Shown: positions 52,777 through 64,000 of the stretch, piece by piece | Layout of the letters: each line of letters opens with the position of its first letter | Position numbering within the stretch: the stretch's first letter is position 1 | Assembly: GCA_053919585.1 (NCBI GenBank) | Contig: CM132817.1 | Strand: one strand, 5' to 3' | DNA length: 64,000 nucleotides | Source: Euprymna scolopes | Lineage: Eukaryota | Made by a program: the position numbers and the translations under genes | Notes under the pieces: generated by a model | Seen by the model: the letters and a program-made list of their open reading frames with translations, nothing else | Database searches by the model: none | Told to the model about the DNA's origin: nothing

Positions 52777-52968
52777 CAATTGCTAATTGTGCTGCTCTGC
52801 GTTTCTTAATTTCTGTCCGACACAAGCGTTTGTCAGTTACTTTGTTTTGTGGAGTTGTAGGTAATGAAGATGAAGCCGACGGAGCAACTAAACTCATCGG
52901 ATTTATGGCTGCTGAAGTGCTCGGACGAGACTTCTCTACAGGTTTTTTATCATACCGGCTTCGGAATT
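52777..52968 (-). CDS. KANSL1: KANSL1 exon (FRSRYDKKPVEKSRPSTS...KKRRAAQLAI)
   Basis: tag/gtaagt boundaries, 192 nt, phase 1 to phase 1, joins the neighbouring exons in frame. Confidence 0.82.
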
Positions 52969-53106
52969 CTATAAGAGAAAATATTTGATCTTTAGTGGGG
53001 AAAAATTTGGAGTATGGAATCAAATTAGTATCATTCAAATTTTAAACAAAACTATTAGAAATCAATTCAGGAGATATGTAAGAGGAATCTTGTAAATTGA
53101 AAATTC

Positions 53107-53152
<46 letters not shown>

Positions 53153-53337
53153 GTTGAAAAGAAACATTTTCTGGAATTTTTAATTTGTATTTTAAATGAT
53201 ATATTTTCAGAAAAGTTTTAGTTATGATACCTTTACTTTATATGTAATTTTAAATAGCGTTTTTCACTCTAGCTAATCATTTAAATTGCAATTGTTTTAA
53301 AACAATTGTCTTTTTTTTTTAAAACACTGAGTACAAG

Positions 53338-53440
53338 ATGGAAAAAAGCAAATTCCCACAATTTTTTTTATTTCAATTCAAACTAGGCCGAAAAGCTGCT
53401 GAAACAGCTCGCAATATCAACAAAGCTGAAGCATGTTGAA
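53338..53440 (+). mobile_element. mariner transposase N-terminal relic
   Basis: FQFKLGRKAAETARNINKA helix-turn-helix remnant. Confidence 0.7.
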
Positions 53441-53618
53441 GCAATGGTTGCCTAATCACTAACCAGGTTAATGTTTTTATGTATTACTTTCGAAAAGCTG
53501 CTGAAACAGTTTATGATTTAAACATTACTTTATTTCAAGTATATTTTAAGCAGTGGGTTACGGGATATGAAGTAATTCCTGGAAATTACTCATAGCGTTA
53601 ACAATTTAAACATTACTT

Positions 53619-53655
<37 letters not shown>

Positions 53656-53656
53656 T

Positions 53657-53757
53657 TACAAGGTGGTCACCACTTATCAAGGCCCGAAATCCACTCAGGG
53701 ATAAGGGTTATTGTAAGTACAGTACGTCAGTGTGGAGATTTAATAAAGTGTCTACTT
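53657..53757 (-). mobile_element. CR1-group extreme 3' fragment (a similar piece lies at ~12945-13100)
   Basis: caccacttatcaaggcccgaaatccactcagggataagggttatt matches the family tail. Confidence 0.75.
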
Positions 53758-55054
53758 GGGTGGAGTGGGGTGGGGAATATTAAATCAGTCCCGAAAATGG
53801 GTGAAACCGTTTACGGATTATACATTACTTTATTTAGCATTACAAGTGAATGCTGTATTTTCGTGGAAATCGGCAATATTACATACCTAATGTGTTTCAA
53901 CAAGTCATATCTTTTTTATTTGTTGGTCAATTTTTAAAAGAATTATATTGATGGAAAGAGAATAAAATAAGCATTCCAATGATGTTAATTTATTTTTCTT
54001 TTATGTGTTCAATGTTTTTATGCTCCAAGTTAAAAATGAAAAATTTGTAAAAAAATGACGACAAAAAGGGAAACACTTTTTTCAATATTTTCATTTTATA
54101 TACGTTACGTTTGAAGACACATGCGCGGGGTTAAATTTGATTGGATATGACTGAAATTTTACAGGCTATATAAACAAAGAAGTCCATCTCTACTGGTGTT
54201 TGATTTTTATTTTTACGACGAAAGGAAGCAAAGTTGACGAGGAATATTTCAAAATTGATGAGATAAATCTGCATATATCATCCATTTTCATATAAATAAT
54301 AGTTTCAGAATTATTTTCATGTATAATATGTAAATATTTGATAATTATTAATTGCGCAGAATTTTATTTCAAATTTTATCTTTTATAGAAATCAAATTCG
54401 CTTACGGAAAAACAGTCGCTAAGCGCATCATGCGCTAAGCTGACTAAAGCATTCTCTTAAAAATAGAAAACCGTTTCTGCTTTCTTCTTACTAGATTAGT
54501 CATTTTTATTCTGAGTTCGTCAATTTAAAAAAATTATTTTCAAGTTCTTTAAATTTGATTTCCAAACAATACTATTTTGTTGTTTTTAATGCTTTCAGTA
54601 CACGTGCACTAAAAGCGTTAAAAACAACAAAATGTACTAAGTATATGCGTTTAACTACTTATTTGTACTCAAGGTAGAATTGTGTTTTTTAGTGGTCAAG
54701 AAAAAAAAAAAAAAAAAAAAAAAGCATAAATAAAAGGTACTTGTGCACTTATGCTACCATGCTGAAATAATAAGGTTATTATTTAGAAACCCATTTTTAA
54801 CATGGGGAAGGAAGGGTGTTTTTTGTTAACTATTCTGTACTTTTACTTAAATAGAAAAGATATCATGAAACTTGAATTTATTTTTAATTCATTGTCAAGA
54901 CTTTTTTCGAATCTGTAAAACAAAGCGTTTTTTTTTTTAACTGAGGATATCTAAATAATAATAATACGAATAATTAGGCGGTTCGATAAAGAATTTCATT
55001 GTTGATGCATTTTGTAAATTTTTATATTATGTAATTTATATTAACAGTTTTCTT

Positions 55055-55338
55055 TAAAATGACTACCTTTAAAGGTTGTCAAGTATACAGAAAACGAATA
55101 TCGCATTTAAATTTTCCGCAAATAAGTAGCTTTCTGGATATTAAGCAATGTCATTTCTTACGTTGTTGCTGGTGGCCATCTTGGTATGCACGTTTGTGCA
55201 TAGTTTCTTGGGGTTGCGCTTGCGCGTATCAAAATGGCCACCAGTGATAACATAAGAAATGACATTGCTTAATATTTGCAGAAATTTAAATGCGATATTC
55301 GTTTTCAGCATACCTTAAAACCTATAGAAGTAATTTTC
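55055..55338. repeat. Palindromic (foldback) MITE-like hairpin
   Basis: gaaaacgaatatcgcatttaaattt / aaatttaaatgcgatattcgttttc and tattaagcaatgtcatttctta / taagaaatgacattgcttaata. Confidence 0.8.
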
Positions 55339-55959
55339 AATGTTAAGGTAGAAACAAGGTAAAAAAAATTACCGTTTTATTTCTTTGTTTACATCATTGA
55401 ATTTTCAGTAAAACAACAGAATAGAAATGACAAAAAATACCATGAACTGGTGAATATATAGTTGTTGCTTATCAGGATTCCTCGTATCCTGGCACTGTGA
55501 AAGTTACATCAAGGATTCATGTAAAGTACGATTTAGGGTTGCATCGCAGAAAATAGGGGTATATTTTGTGCCAGATAGAGAGGATTAACAAAATTAACAA
55601 TTGGACCGGTCCCAAAATGCATAAATTCTGGTTGACTACGGGAATTTCCATCTTTTACAGAAATCCAAAATCTATATGAAAATTTTTTCTTTGATATATT
55701 TCTGAGATTAATTCATATCTACTCAATTTTTTTTTCTTTGAAGGGAGTAGTAAATACTGGCCATGAATGCTCTTTAGGCATTCAATGGCTACACCCAAGA
55801 TTAAGCTCTCCTTTGGTGAGGAGGCAGGAAAATGCCTATTCACAATAAAGCTATATTTAAATACTACTATAATACTTAGTTTTGTTCATAAATAGACACC
55901 CACTGTATGATACCATGCGCCAGTTTTAAAAAAATTGAAATTTGTACATCTGAATTTAT

Positions 55960-57225
55960 AATTCATGGCTTAAGTGGGGCGATTATGTGGATTAAAATGA
56001 TGAAAAATGATTGTCGACATTAGTAACATATCCAAGAATTATGAAAAATAACAAAATGACCGTTAATTGATTGGTGTGTTTAAAATTAAATAATCATCCC
56101 AGATAATATATCAAAGTTATTATTTTAGTAGTGGAGGTTACTAATGTGGGTTACAAATATTAAAAATAATTGTCGAAATGAGTAACATATCCAAGAATTA
56201 AGAAAAATGATGACGTGTGATGTAATTGATAGTTATGTTTTTTTATTAAATAATCAGCCCAGACATTATATCAAAGTAATTTTTTAGTAAGAGAGGGCGA
56301 CGAGGATGGTTTAAATTATAAAAAATTGTCGAAATTAGTAACATATCCAAGAATTAAGAAAAATGGCGAAATGTGATTTAATTGATTAGTGTGTTTATAA
56401 TAAAATAATCAACCTAGACAATATATCAAAGTTATTATATAAGTAAACAGGAAGGAGATAAGGAGGGCTTTAATTATGAAAAATTGTCGAAATTAGTAAC
56501 ATATCCAAGAATTACGAAAAAATGATGAAATATTAGTTAATTGATTAGTGTGTTTGTAAGGAAATAATCAGCCTAGGCAATATATCAAAGTTATTATTTA
56601 GTAAAGAGGGAAGGACGAAAATGATGGTTAAAATTATGAAAAATGATTGTCGAAATAACATATCCAAGAATTATGAAAAATGATTAAATGTGATTTCATG
56701 CTTTAGTGTGTTTGTAATAAAATAATAAGCCCACAAAATATTTCAAAGTTATTATTTTTTTAAGGAGGGGGCAGTAATGTGGGGATTAATTATGACAATT
56801 TATTACCGAAATTAGTAACATACCCAAGAATTATGAAAAATGATGAAATGGAGGGTAATGGTGTTTATAATGAAATAATCAGTCCAGCAAACAAAGTTAT
56901 TATTTTAGTAAGGTTGAGCAACAACATTGGTTTAAATTATAAAAAAAATATTGTCAAAATTAGTAACATATCCAAGAATTACGAAAAATGATGAAATGCG
57001 AGTTAATTGATAGTTGTGTTTTTTATAAAATAATCAGCCGATACAATATATCAAATTTAATATTTTAGTAAAGGGAGGGGCGATAATGTGGGTTAAAAGT
57101 ATGAACATAGTAACATATTCAATGATTATGAAAAATGATAAAATGTGAGTTAATTGACCAGTGTGTTTGTAATGAAATAATCATCCGAGGAAATATATCA
57201 AAGTTATTATTTTAGTAAGGGGGCA
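55960..57225. repeat. Satellite, ~147-160 bp unit, about 8 copies
   Basis: taacatatccaagaatt-like marker near 56024, 56183, 56339, 56497, 56657, 56816, 56964, 57111. Confidence 0.9.
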
Positions 57226-58406
57226 ATACAGTTTTAATAAAAAAGTAGAATAATATGATTGTGCCTTCATTCATGTGCCCAGCAACAATATATTACATAT
57301 GAAAAATGCTGCTGTGAAATTTCCACAGGTCCCGCTAGTTAAATATATGAATGTAGGATACCATTTTATACCTAAAATTCAAAATCCATTTTTTTTTAGA
57401 ACTACATTTACTGAAGTAGCTGTATCTAACTAGTGCATTTTTAAAGAAACTTGTTATGCTTTTGTATTTTTTTTTTTATTTCAATAAAAATTAATTGGGG
57501 GGGGGAAAAAAAAAAAAAAAAAAGTCTATGTGCTTATTTACTTAATTTACCACGGAAACAGAAAAGTTTCCAAAAAAAATGAAAGCACTTTGGATTGGGA
57601 CAAAAATAAAAATTGCCTCAGTCTATAAGAATTCTTCCTTCGCAAAAAGAGGATCTAAAATGGAAACCTAGGAAAAAGACTCGGAGGACAATTGAAACAA
57701 AGGTGGCTGGATAATGGCAATTTTGTACCAAGGACAAAGAACGCAATCTCTGCCGAGGGGTTTTAATAAAGAAAAAAACTGAACATTTATGCCATTTTTG
57801 CAATGATGCATGTTTATGCTGGTGACACACGTGGCATAGTTGTGTGGATAAAAGCAAACGTAACAATTTGAGATTAATAATTTTAACCACCTCCCCAAAA
57901 AATAGTTTAACGTATTACGTTTGAATTAGTAAAGACAGTTAAATTATATTTGTAGTATTTAGTGACTAAATGTACAAAAACTATGCAGAGATTCTATAAT
58001 GGATATTAATTAACCCTATACATACATCCTTAAAAATGATACACAAAAAATTATAGAAAAGATGGGCGGGGAAAATATCAAGCAAGAGGTGTTAACTCTA
58101 AAAATTTGTGAATATCTTTAGTTGTTTGAACTAAGATTACTTTAACTACTCAGCAGTTTTCAGAACATAAACAACGGGGGGGGGGGGATCTTAAAACTAC
58201 TGTCCACTTTTGAATCTTTTTTTTTTTTTTGTCTTGTGACCCCAAAGGAATGAACATTATTTTTTTTTAAATCATAAAGTCAGGATCATACTAATTACGA
58301 TGACATAAGGTTTGTAAGTTTATCTTGTGTAGTTATTTTTACTTTTAACCATAGAAAGAGTGATAGCATTATAGATAAGGTTTAATTAAAAGAAAAGGCA
58401 TCTTAC

Positions 58407-58492
58407 TTGCAGAGGAAAGCAAAACAGCAGCCGCATTCTTTAACTTTTTACTTGTACGCCGTGCTTCATTTTGTTGTAAAATTTTCTGTCGT
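58407..58492 (-). CDS. KANSL1: KANSL1 exon (RQKILQQNEARRTSKKLKNAAAVLLSSA)
   Basis: tttcag acceptor, gtaaga donor, 86 nt, in frame with exon 52777-52968. Upstream exons not found in the window. Confidence 0.75.
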
Positions 58493-58921
58493 CTGAAAGA
58501 AAAGTAAAATGAAAACCTCATGGATAACATGCAGAATAAAGATAAATCTTTTATTTGATGGCACATCAACTCTACAAGTCATTTTCTGCTGTACAATGTA
58601 TTTATAGTCATTTGATAAATCCTAGAAAGTTATTTAATGATATCTTTGGTTTCTTTCGAAAATAGAAGCAACTTTTTTCAGCTAGTCCTTATTTACTTAT
58701 CTCTTCATAAAAAAGTTAATCCCAAGGTTTATTTTTTTTAATGCTGGTAAAATAAAGTTCCCAAAAGCTGGAATCCACTGAATTGAGACAAAAATTTAAA
58801 TTGCCTCAGTCTAGAAAGACTTATGATCAAAGACAAAAAGATGAAATATAGCATCAGAATCGATAACACACTTTGATTGAAGACCAAAGACTTAATTGTA
58901 ACGTAGGCACATGTTTGAACA

Positions 58922-59953
58922 TCTATATCTATCTATCTATATATATAAAAGCGAAAATGTATGTATGTATGTACGCTTTTCCTCGATGTCCACAAAAGGC
59001 TTCTTTCAGAGAAGCGCTTGCTCGCTTCACAACTTCTTAAAACTTTTTATATCATCTATAAATTGTAATATCTCACACTTAACCACGGAGCTCGCCTGTC
59101 TATTTAATTTTATTGACTTTCAAACGTTAATTATTCGACATTTCCCCCGCATTGGCACGCGTTATATTCGGTTTTCGGTATAAACAAAAAGCGAAACTCG
59201 ACTAATTACTGGGGGTCAGCAAAAACTGTCTTCTCATGACGAGATCGGTTCTACACATGCGTCAGACGATGTGATAACCTGATTTAGTTTAAATATTTGA
59301 ATAACTGACGCATTTTCACCTACGCCGTGTTAGCTTAGTTGGTTAGAGCGTTGGGTCATTATCTAAACGTTTTGGGTTTGAATCATGGTGTTAGATGTCT
59401 TTTTTCGATTTTTTAAATTTTAATATTGAAGCAGGGTTTTTTACGCCATTTTTCACGTAACGTTCGTTTTTGTTTTACTTCGTTTATTCTTAGATTTTCA
59501 TTAACACCCCCCGACCACACACACCCAAAAACACCCAGGTACCAACCGATTTTTTAAATTTTAATATTGAAACAGGCTTATTTAAGCCATTTTTTACATT
59601 TTATTTTTGTTTTTATTTTTCCGATTTTTTAAAGCAGTTTTAACGTTCGTTTTTCTGTTTTCTTTTTTCCGATTTTTACATTTAACATCATTCGTTTGCC
59701 ATACGTTAGTTTTTTTTTGTGTTTTTTTGTTTTGATTTTTTAAGTTTTAACTTTTAAAAATATTTACTTCGCTTATTCTTATGGTTTGATTACCCCCCCC
59801 CCACGCTTTATTTTTCAGATAAGTTTTACCGTTCGTTTTTCTGTTTTCTTTTTTACTTCGCTTATTCTTGTTTTGATTAACACCCCCCCCCCAAGCACAC
59901 ACACACACACACCTCCAAACACTCGGGCAATACCGGGTAGCCCCCCCGCTAGT

Positions 59954-59994
<41 letters not shown>

Positions 59995-61050
59995 CAAAAA
60001 TGTGTGTATGTATGTTCTCTTTTTGTATATGTCACAGAAAGGCTTTTTTCAGAGAAGCGGTTGGTCGGCTTGCAACTTCTTAAAACTTTTTATATCACAT
60101 ATAAATTATAATATCGCCGAGTTAACGGAGCTCGCCTGTCTATTTAATTTGCTCGACTTTAGAAAGATAAATATTCAACATTTTTTGCTCGCCGCATGTG
60201 GATTAGTCTTTTTCCTATAATAAAAGCGACACTAATTCTGGCGGTATTTTCCGTCTATCGGCGGAAATGTCCGAAAGCAATCAGATTTGATCAATGTGGA
60301 AATATTTTCCTTATATCAAACAATTGCTATTCAAATTGGATAAGGGGAGCTGGTCCCCCCCCACCACCACCACCAACAACATCTTGGGGAAACAAAAATA
60401 AAAGAAAGCTTTCTGCAGTAAATGAAATACTATCCCGCAGTCAAAGTTGACGTCATGTAGTCATTAAAACGTGCACCTGCCAAATCTAAGTAATTAAATA
60501 ACTTCAAACGTGTTTCCGTTAGTATCTCGCGGTGGGTCAATGGTTAAAGTCACACACTTTTTTTTTTCACACTTTAATTTCCAACTTCACGTCAAGGGTT
60601 CGGGTTTGATCCTCATACTCACCTACCAAAACTTTTTTATTTATTTTAACCCCCCCCCCGAGTTTTGGTTTACCCAAAACCACACACACACACACCTCCA
60701 AACACCCGGGCAACGCCGGGTACTCCCCCCCCCCCGTTAGTTTTTGGTGATGTTTTGATTACCCCCCCCTCCCCCCCGGATTTAGTTTAAATAGTTGAAG
60801 AACTGACTGAATTTCATGTACGTCATGTTAGCTCAGTTGGTTAGCGCGTTGGTTCATTATCTAAACGCTTTGGGTTAGAATCGTGGTGAGACGTCTTTTT
60901 TTTTTTTTTCGATTTTTTAAATTTCAATATTGAACTAGTGTTATTTAAGCCATTTTTTTCATGTAACATTCGTTTTTCTGTTTTTTTTTTTACTTCGCTT
61001 ATTCTTAGGTTTTCATTAACACCCCCACCCTCTCCAAACACTCGGCAACG
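58922..61050 (+). mobile_element. Tandem Helitron cluster (58922-59952, 59953-60740, partial 60741-61050)
   Basis: TCTATA...aaagcgaaaatgtatgtatg 5' ends; cccgggcaacgccggg hairpin + CTAG/TTAG 3' ends; head-to-tail junction CTAG|TC. Confidence 0.78.
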
Positions 61051-61565
61051 CGATGCAACTTTTGTGTGCGAGTATGATTATGCATAGCTGATCTTTATTT
61101 TTGTTTTACCAGGTCTTGTTGGTTACTGTTTGTACGACTTGCTGTTTGCAAACATATCCCATTTTTTTTTCTTTTCTTTGTGGTGTACTATACTGTATTA
61201 AAAAAAAAAAAAAAAGTATTCAAATAAAACTAATGAGATAATGACTAATATGTATAATATGCATTTTTATGAGAAAATCAAAAATGGTGTAAAATATCAC
61301 AAAGCAATTGCAATATCACAAAGCAATTGCAACTACTCTTACGATTTTTTTTTTCGGATTTATGCAACCATGCCCATATTCCTCTTAAAGTTGATAAATT
61401 CCTGTTCTTCTGATGATTCAGGACAGAAAAGATTTAAAAACTGACAATTACACGAATGGTTCTGGACTACAAAACAGGTGTTGTTAATTGAACATTTTAA
61501 TATGCTGAAAGAAATAAACGGTAAGATGGACAGGAATTTGGAATGTAGCCTTTTTATCATTATCT

Positions 61566-61605
<40 letters not shown>

Positions 61606-64000
61606 TCGTATTCCTGTTTGTTTGTTCACAATTTGATTAATATATACAAAATTTCCTTACTTTACTCTTTCATTTATTTCTATATATAGTATGATTCTTG
61701 CAAACTAGCTACAAGAGATCATCTCATTTGCATATTACATTAAGAAAAATCGATTTTATTAAATAGCGGTATCTTAGTTAATATTTCTAGTGAGAGAATT
61801 GTTATAAGTGTTCTATTTAAAATTATTTAATAAATTTTAAATAATTATATTGATAACATATTTAATAAAATTTATTTGGAATTATTATTCCAACATCAAT
61901 TTTTTTTTTAAATCTTTGTTTCAGAGTTATTCAGAACAAAACTATTACCAAATAAAATAATTTGGTAATCTCAATAAATTTCTAGCTTCAAAAAATAATT
62001 CAGAGTAGATAGAAAAATGTTTAGCTTTTGTTTTATTTTTAAATGTAAAAACACTTAAGAAAAACTGAAAAGATTTCATTTGTTTGTTTTTATTATTCTA
62101 TAAGCGACTATACAGAAATCGGTATTTTTTTACGATGTGACCCACCTAAAAATAAAGATCTACTTTTTTTGGCCTAATACGTTTAAATAGCCTTTATAAC
62201 ATGAAAGAAATTTTGAAAAGAAAGAAAATTAACATTTTAGAGTAGGGGATCACTTTTCCATATTAATTTAATGTAAAATGAGCACCCACTATTTGGCCAC
62301 CAAGCGTTCAACAAGACATGTCACCTCTAGCATTTTTTTTTAAAGTTTGGCAATCACGGGTAGGGGACAAAACATGACAAATACAATTTGTTTTTTTTTT
62401 TTGTGGTGGTGGGCGGGAATTACATTTAAAACATAAAATAACGATAAATTTAATTAATTTTTATGAGACTACTCTGTACTTTCACCTAACAATTTCAGAA
62501 ACAAAACGAACCCCAAAATAAATTACATTGGGGGGGGGGGGAGGGTTAGAGTTACAATGACGAAAAATTTCATTTAATTCTTTTTGGAATTAATTTTTGG
62601 TAGATCAATTTTTTTTAGAGGTTCTGCCTACTTGGCTAATTTTTTTTTTTTTTCTTTGCGATCACACAGGCATTCGCTGCTATTTTTATGGAAACAAAAA
62701 TTGTAATGATTTATTTATAAGTATTTTTTTTTTTTTGGGGGGGGGGTTCTTTCCAGTGCTCAATATCCAGAGAATATTTTCTTTTTGTATCCCTTCTGCC
62801 GAAATATCTGGTGGAGAGGGTATCACATACATTTTTTTTTTATCCGTTCTTTTATTTTGGGAATTGTTGTGGGGGTATCCACGTTTCCCATGATGAAATT
62901 GATTAGTATAGCAGGTGTGTTCCAAATGGAACTTCAGGTCAACCCAGGCGACGCCGGGTACCCATGCTAGTATAAGAGGTTAGACAAAATAATGGAAACA
63001 CCTCGAATCATAAACATAGCCATAAAAAAATTTGGTTTATTTTTTATGCTTTTTCGCTTTATTAACATTGCTGTTTCTTTTCAGATACCAGGGGAAAAAA
63101 AAGTGATTAAAAAATAATATAGCAAACTTTCAAAGTGTCAACTTATTTGATGCTCGTATAGCAGATACTAGCATAAGAACAGCAAAAACATTTAGTGTGC
63201 AAAGAAATTCTGTCTCAAAAAGCAATAATTTATTAAAAGGAAATCTTTATTGAAACAAAACTCGGGGGGGGGGGATAATCCAATTCTGATATGAATTATT
63301 AGGATCACTGAAGTATGACTAAAAATTACTGCAGAGCTTAATTATCACTTCAAGAATCTAGTTTCTACAAAAGCTTTTCGGTAAGTGCTGGACAATAGAC
63401 TACAACTTAGAAATCTGCCAACCAAATGGTTACCCCCTGAAAACTTTATATATTTTATCTAATAAAATTTACCTAATGATTACAGAAAGGTTTATAGGGG
63501 CAAAACCATATTTAGCAAAAAAAATTTGAAAACAATTGTAACTTTGTATGAATTCATACTTCACAGAATTCAAGATGTAATTATTGCCAATGCCAATTCT
63601 ATCTAATTAAAACAAGAACATGTGGGGTCCCTCTCCACAAGAGAAAAATTTACTTTCACCATGACTAATTTTTGTGAAAAATTTCCAAATAAATTCAAGG
63701 CGTAATTATTAAGAAAAGTGCAAACAAACGAACAAAAGTGAATTACTAGGTCCAATCCCTTTGTCAGGGATCAATAATTTGCTTTAAACTTTAAGGTGCT
63801 TTTCATTATTTTGTCCCAACACTCGTATCTTTCTCTCTCTCATAAGTCTTATGTCTAACCTTAATAAAACAAAAAAATTCAGATGTTAGAAACCAATTTG
63901 ATATGCTTCTGATGATCAATGACGCTGTGAAACTGCAGCGAAGTGTTAAGTTCAATTTATTATCGTGTTATAATGACATAGCTTTATCCAATAGAGCTTT

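Noticed and set aside
59324-59395. Functional tRNA gene
   Set aside because: D-arm is tRNA-like, but the T-arm and acceptor stem do not pair and it lies within a repeat.
61370-61440. Additional upstream KANSL1 exon (FLNLFCPESSEEQEFINFKRNMG)
   Set aside because: Weak splice signals and no recognisable homology; cannot be supported.

Overview
AT-rich animal (invertebrate) genomic DNA with spliced genes and TE-dense introns. Two SINE-like repeats resemble repeats I recall from octopod genomes; this is unverified. Three host genes: (1) the 5' part of a minus-strand gene (exon 1 6571-7057, probable exon 2 2017-2078), tentatively SIRT1 by synteny only; (2) a complete 5-exon DNAJC12 on the + strand (7693-34460, 149 aa, HPD J-domain, C-terminal KFRNYEI), head-to-head with gene 1 across a 635-bp spacer; (3) the last five coding exons of KANSL1 on the - strand (58492-41427, PEHE domain). 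Introns hold a decayed BEL/Pao LTR element, many CR1-group LINE copies (one near full length), non-autonomous Helitrons, Merlin and hAT MITEs, Ty3/Gypsy, mariner and RTE relics, a TSD-flanked SINE-like family, and two tandem arrays. Top findings: (a) the BEL/Pao integrase C-terminal region runs in frame into a TAF3-type PHD finger (a putative H3K4me3 reader), and the element sits about 0.5 kb inside a bidirectional promoter region, suggesting chromatin-guided integration; (b) a tRNA-headed short element with a Penelope-type minimal hammerhead tail, found five times in a head-to-head inverted layout; (c) possible deep conservation of DNAJC12-SIRT1 linkage. One 170-nt assembly gap (9817-9986). 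All comparisons to known proteins are from memory; no searches were run.
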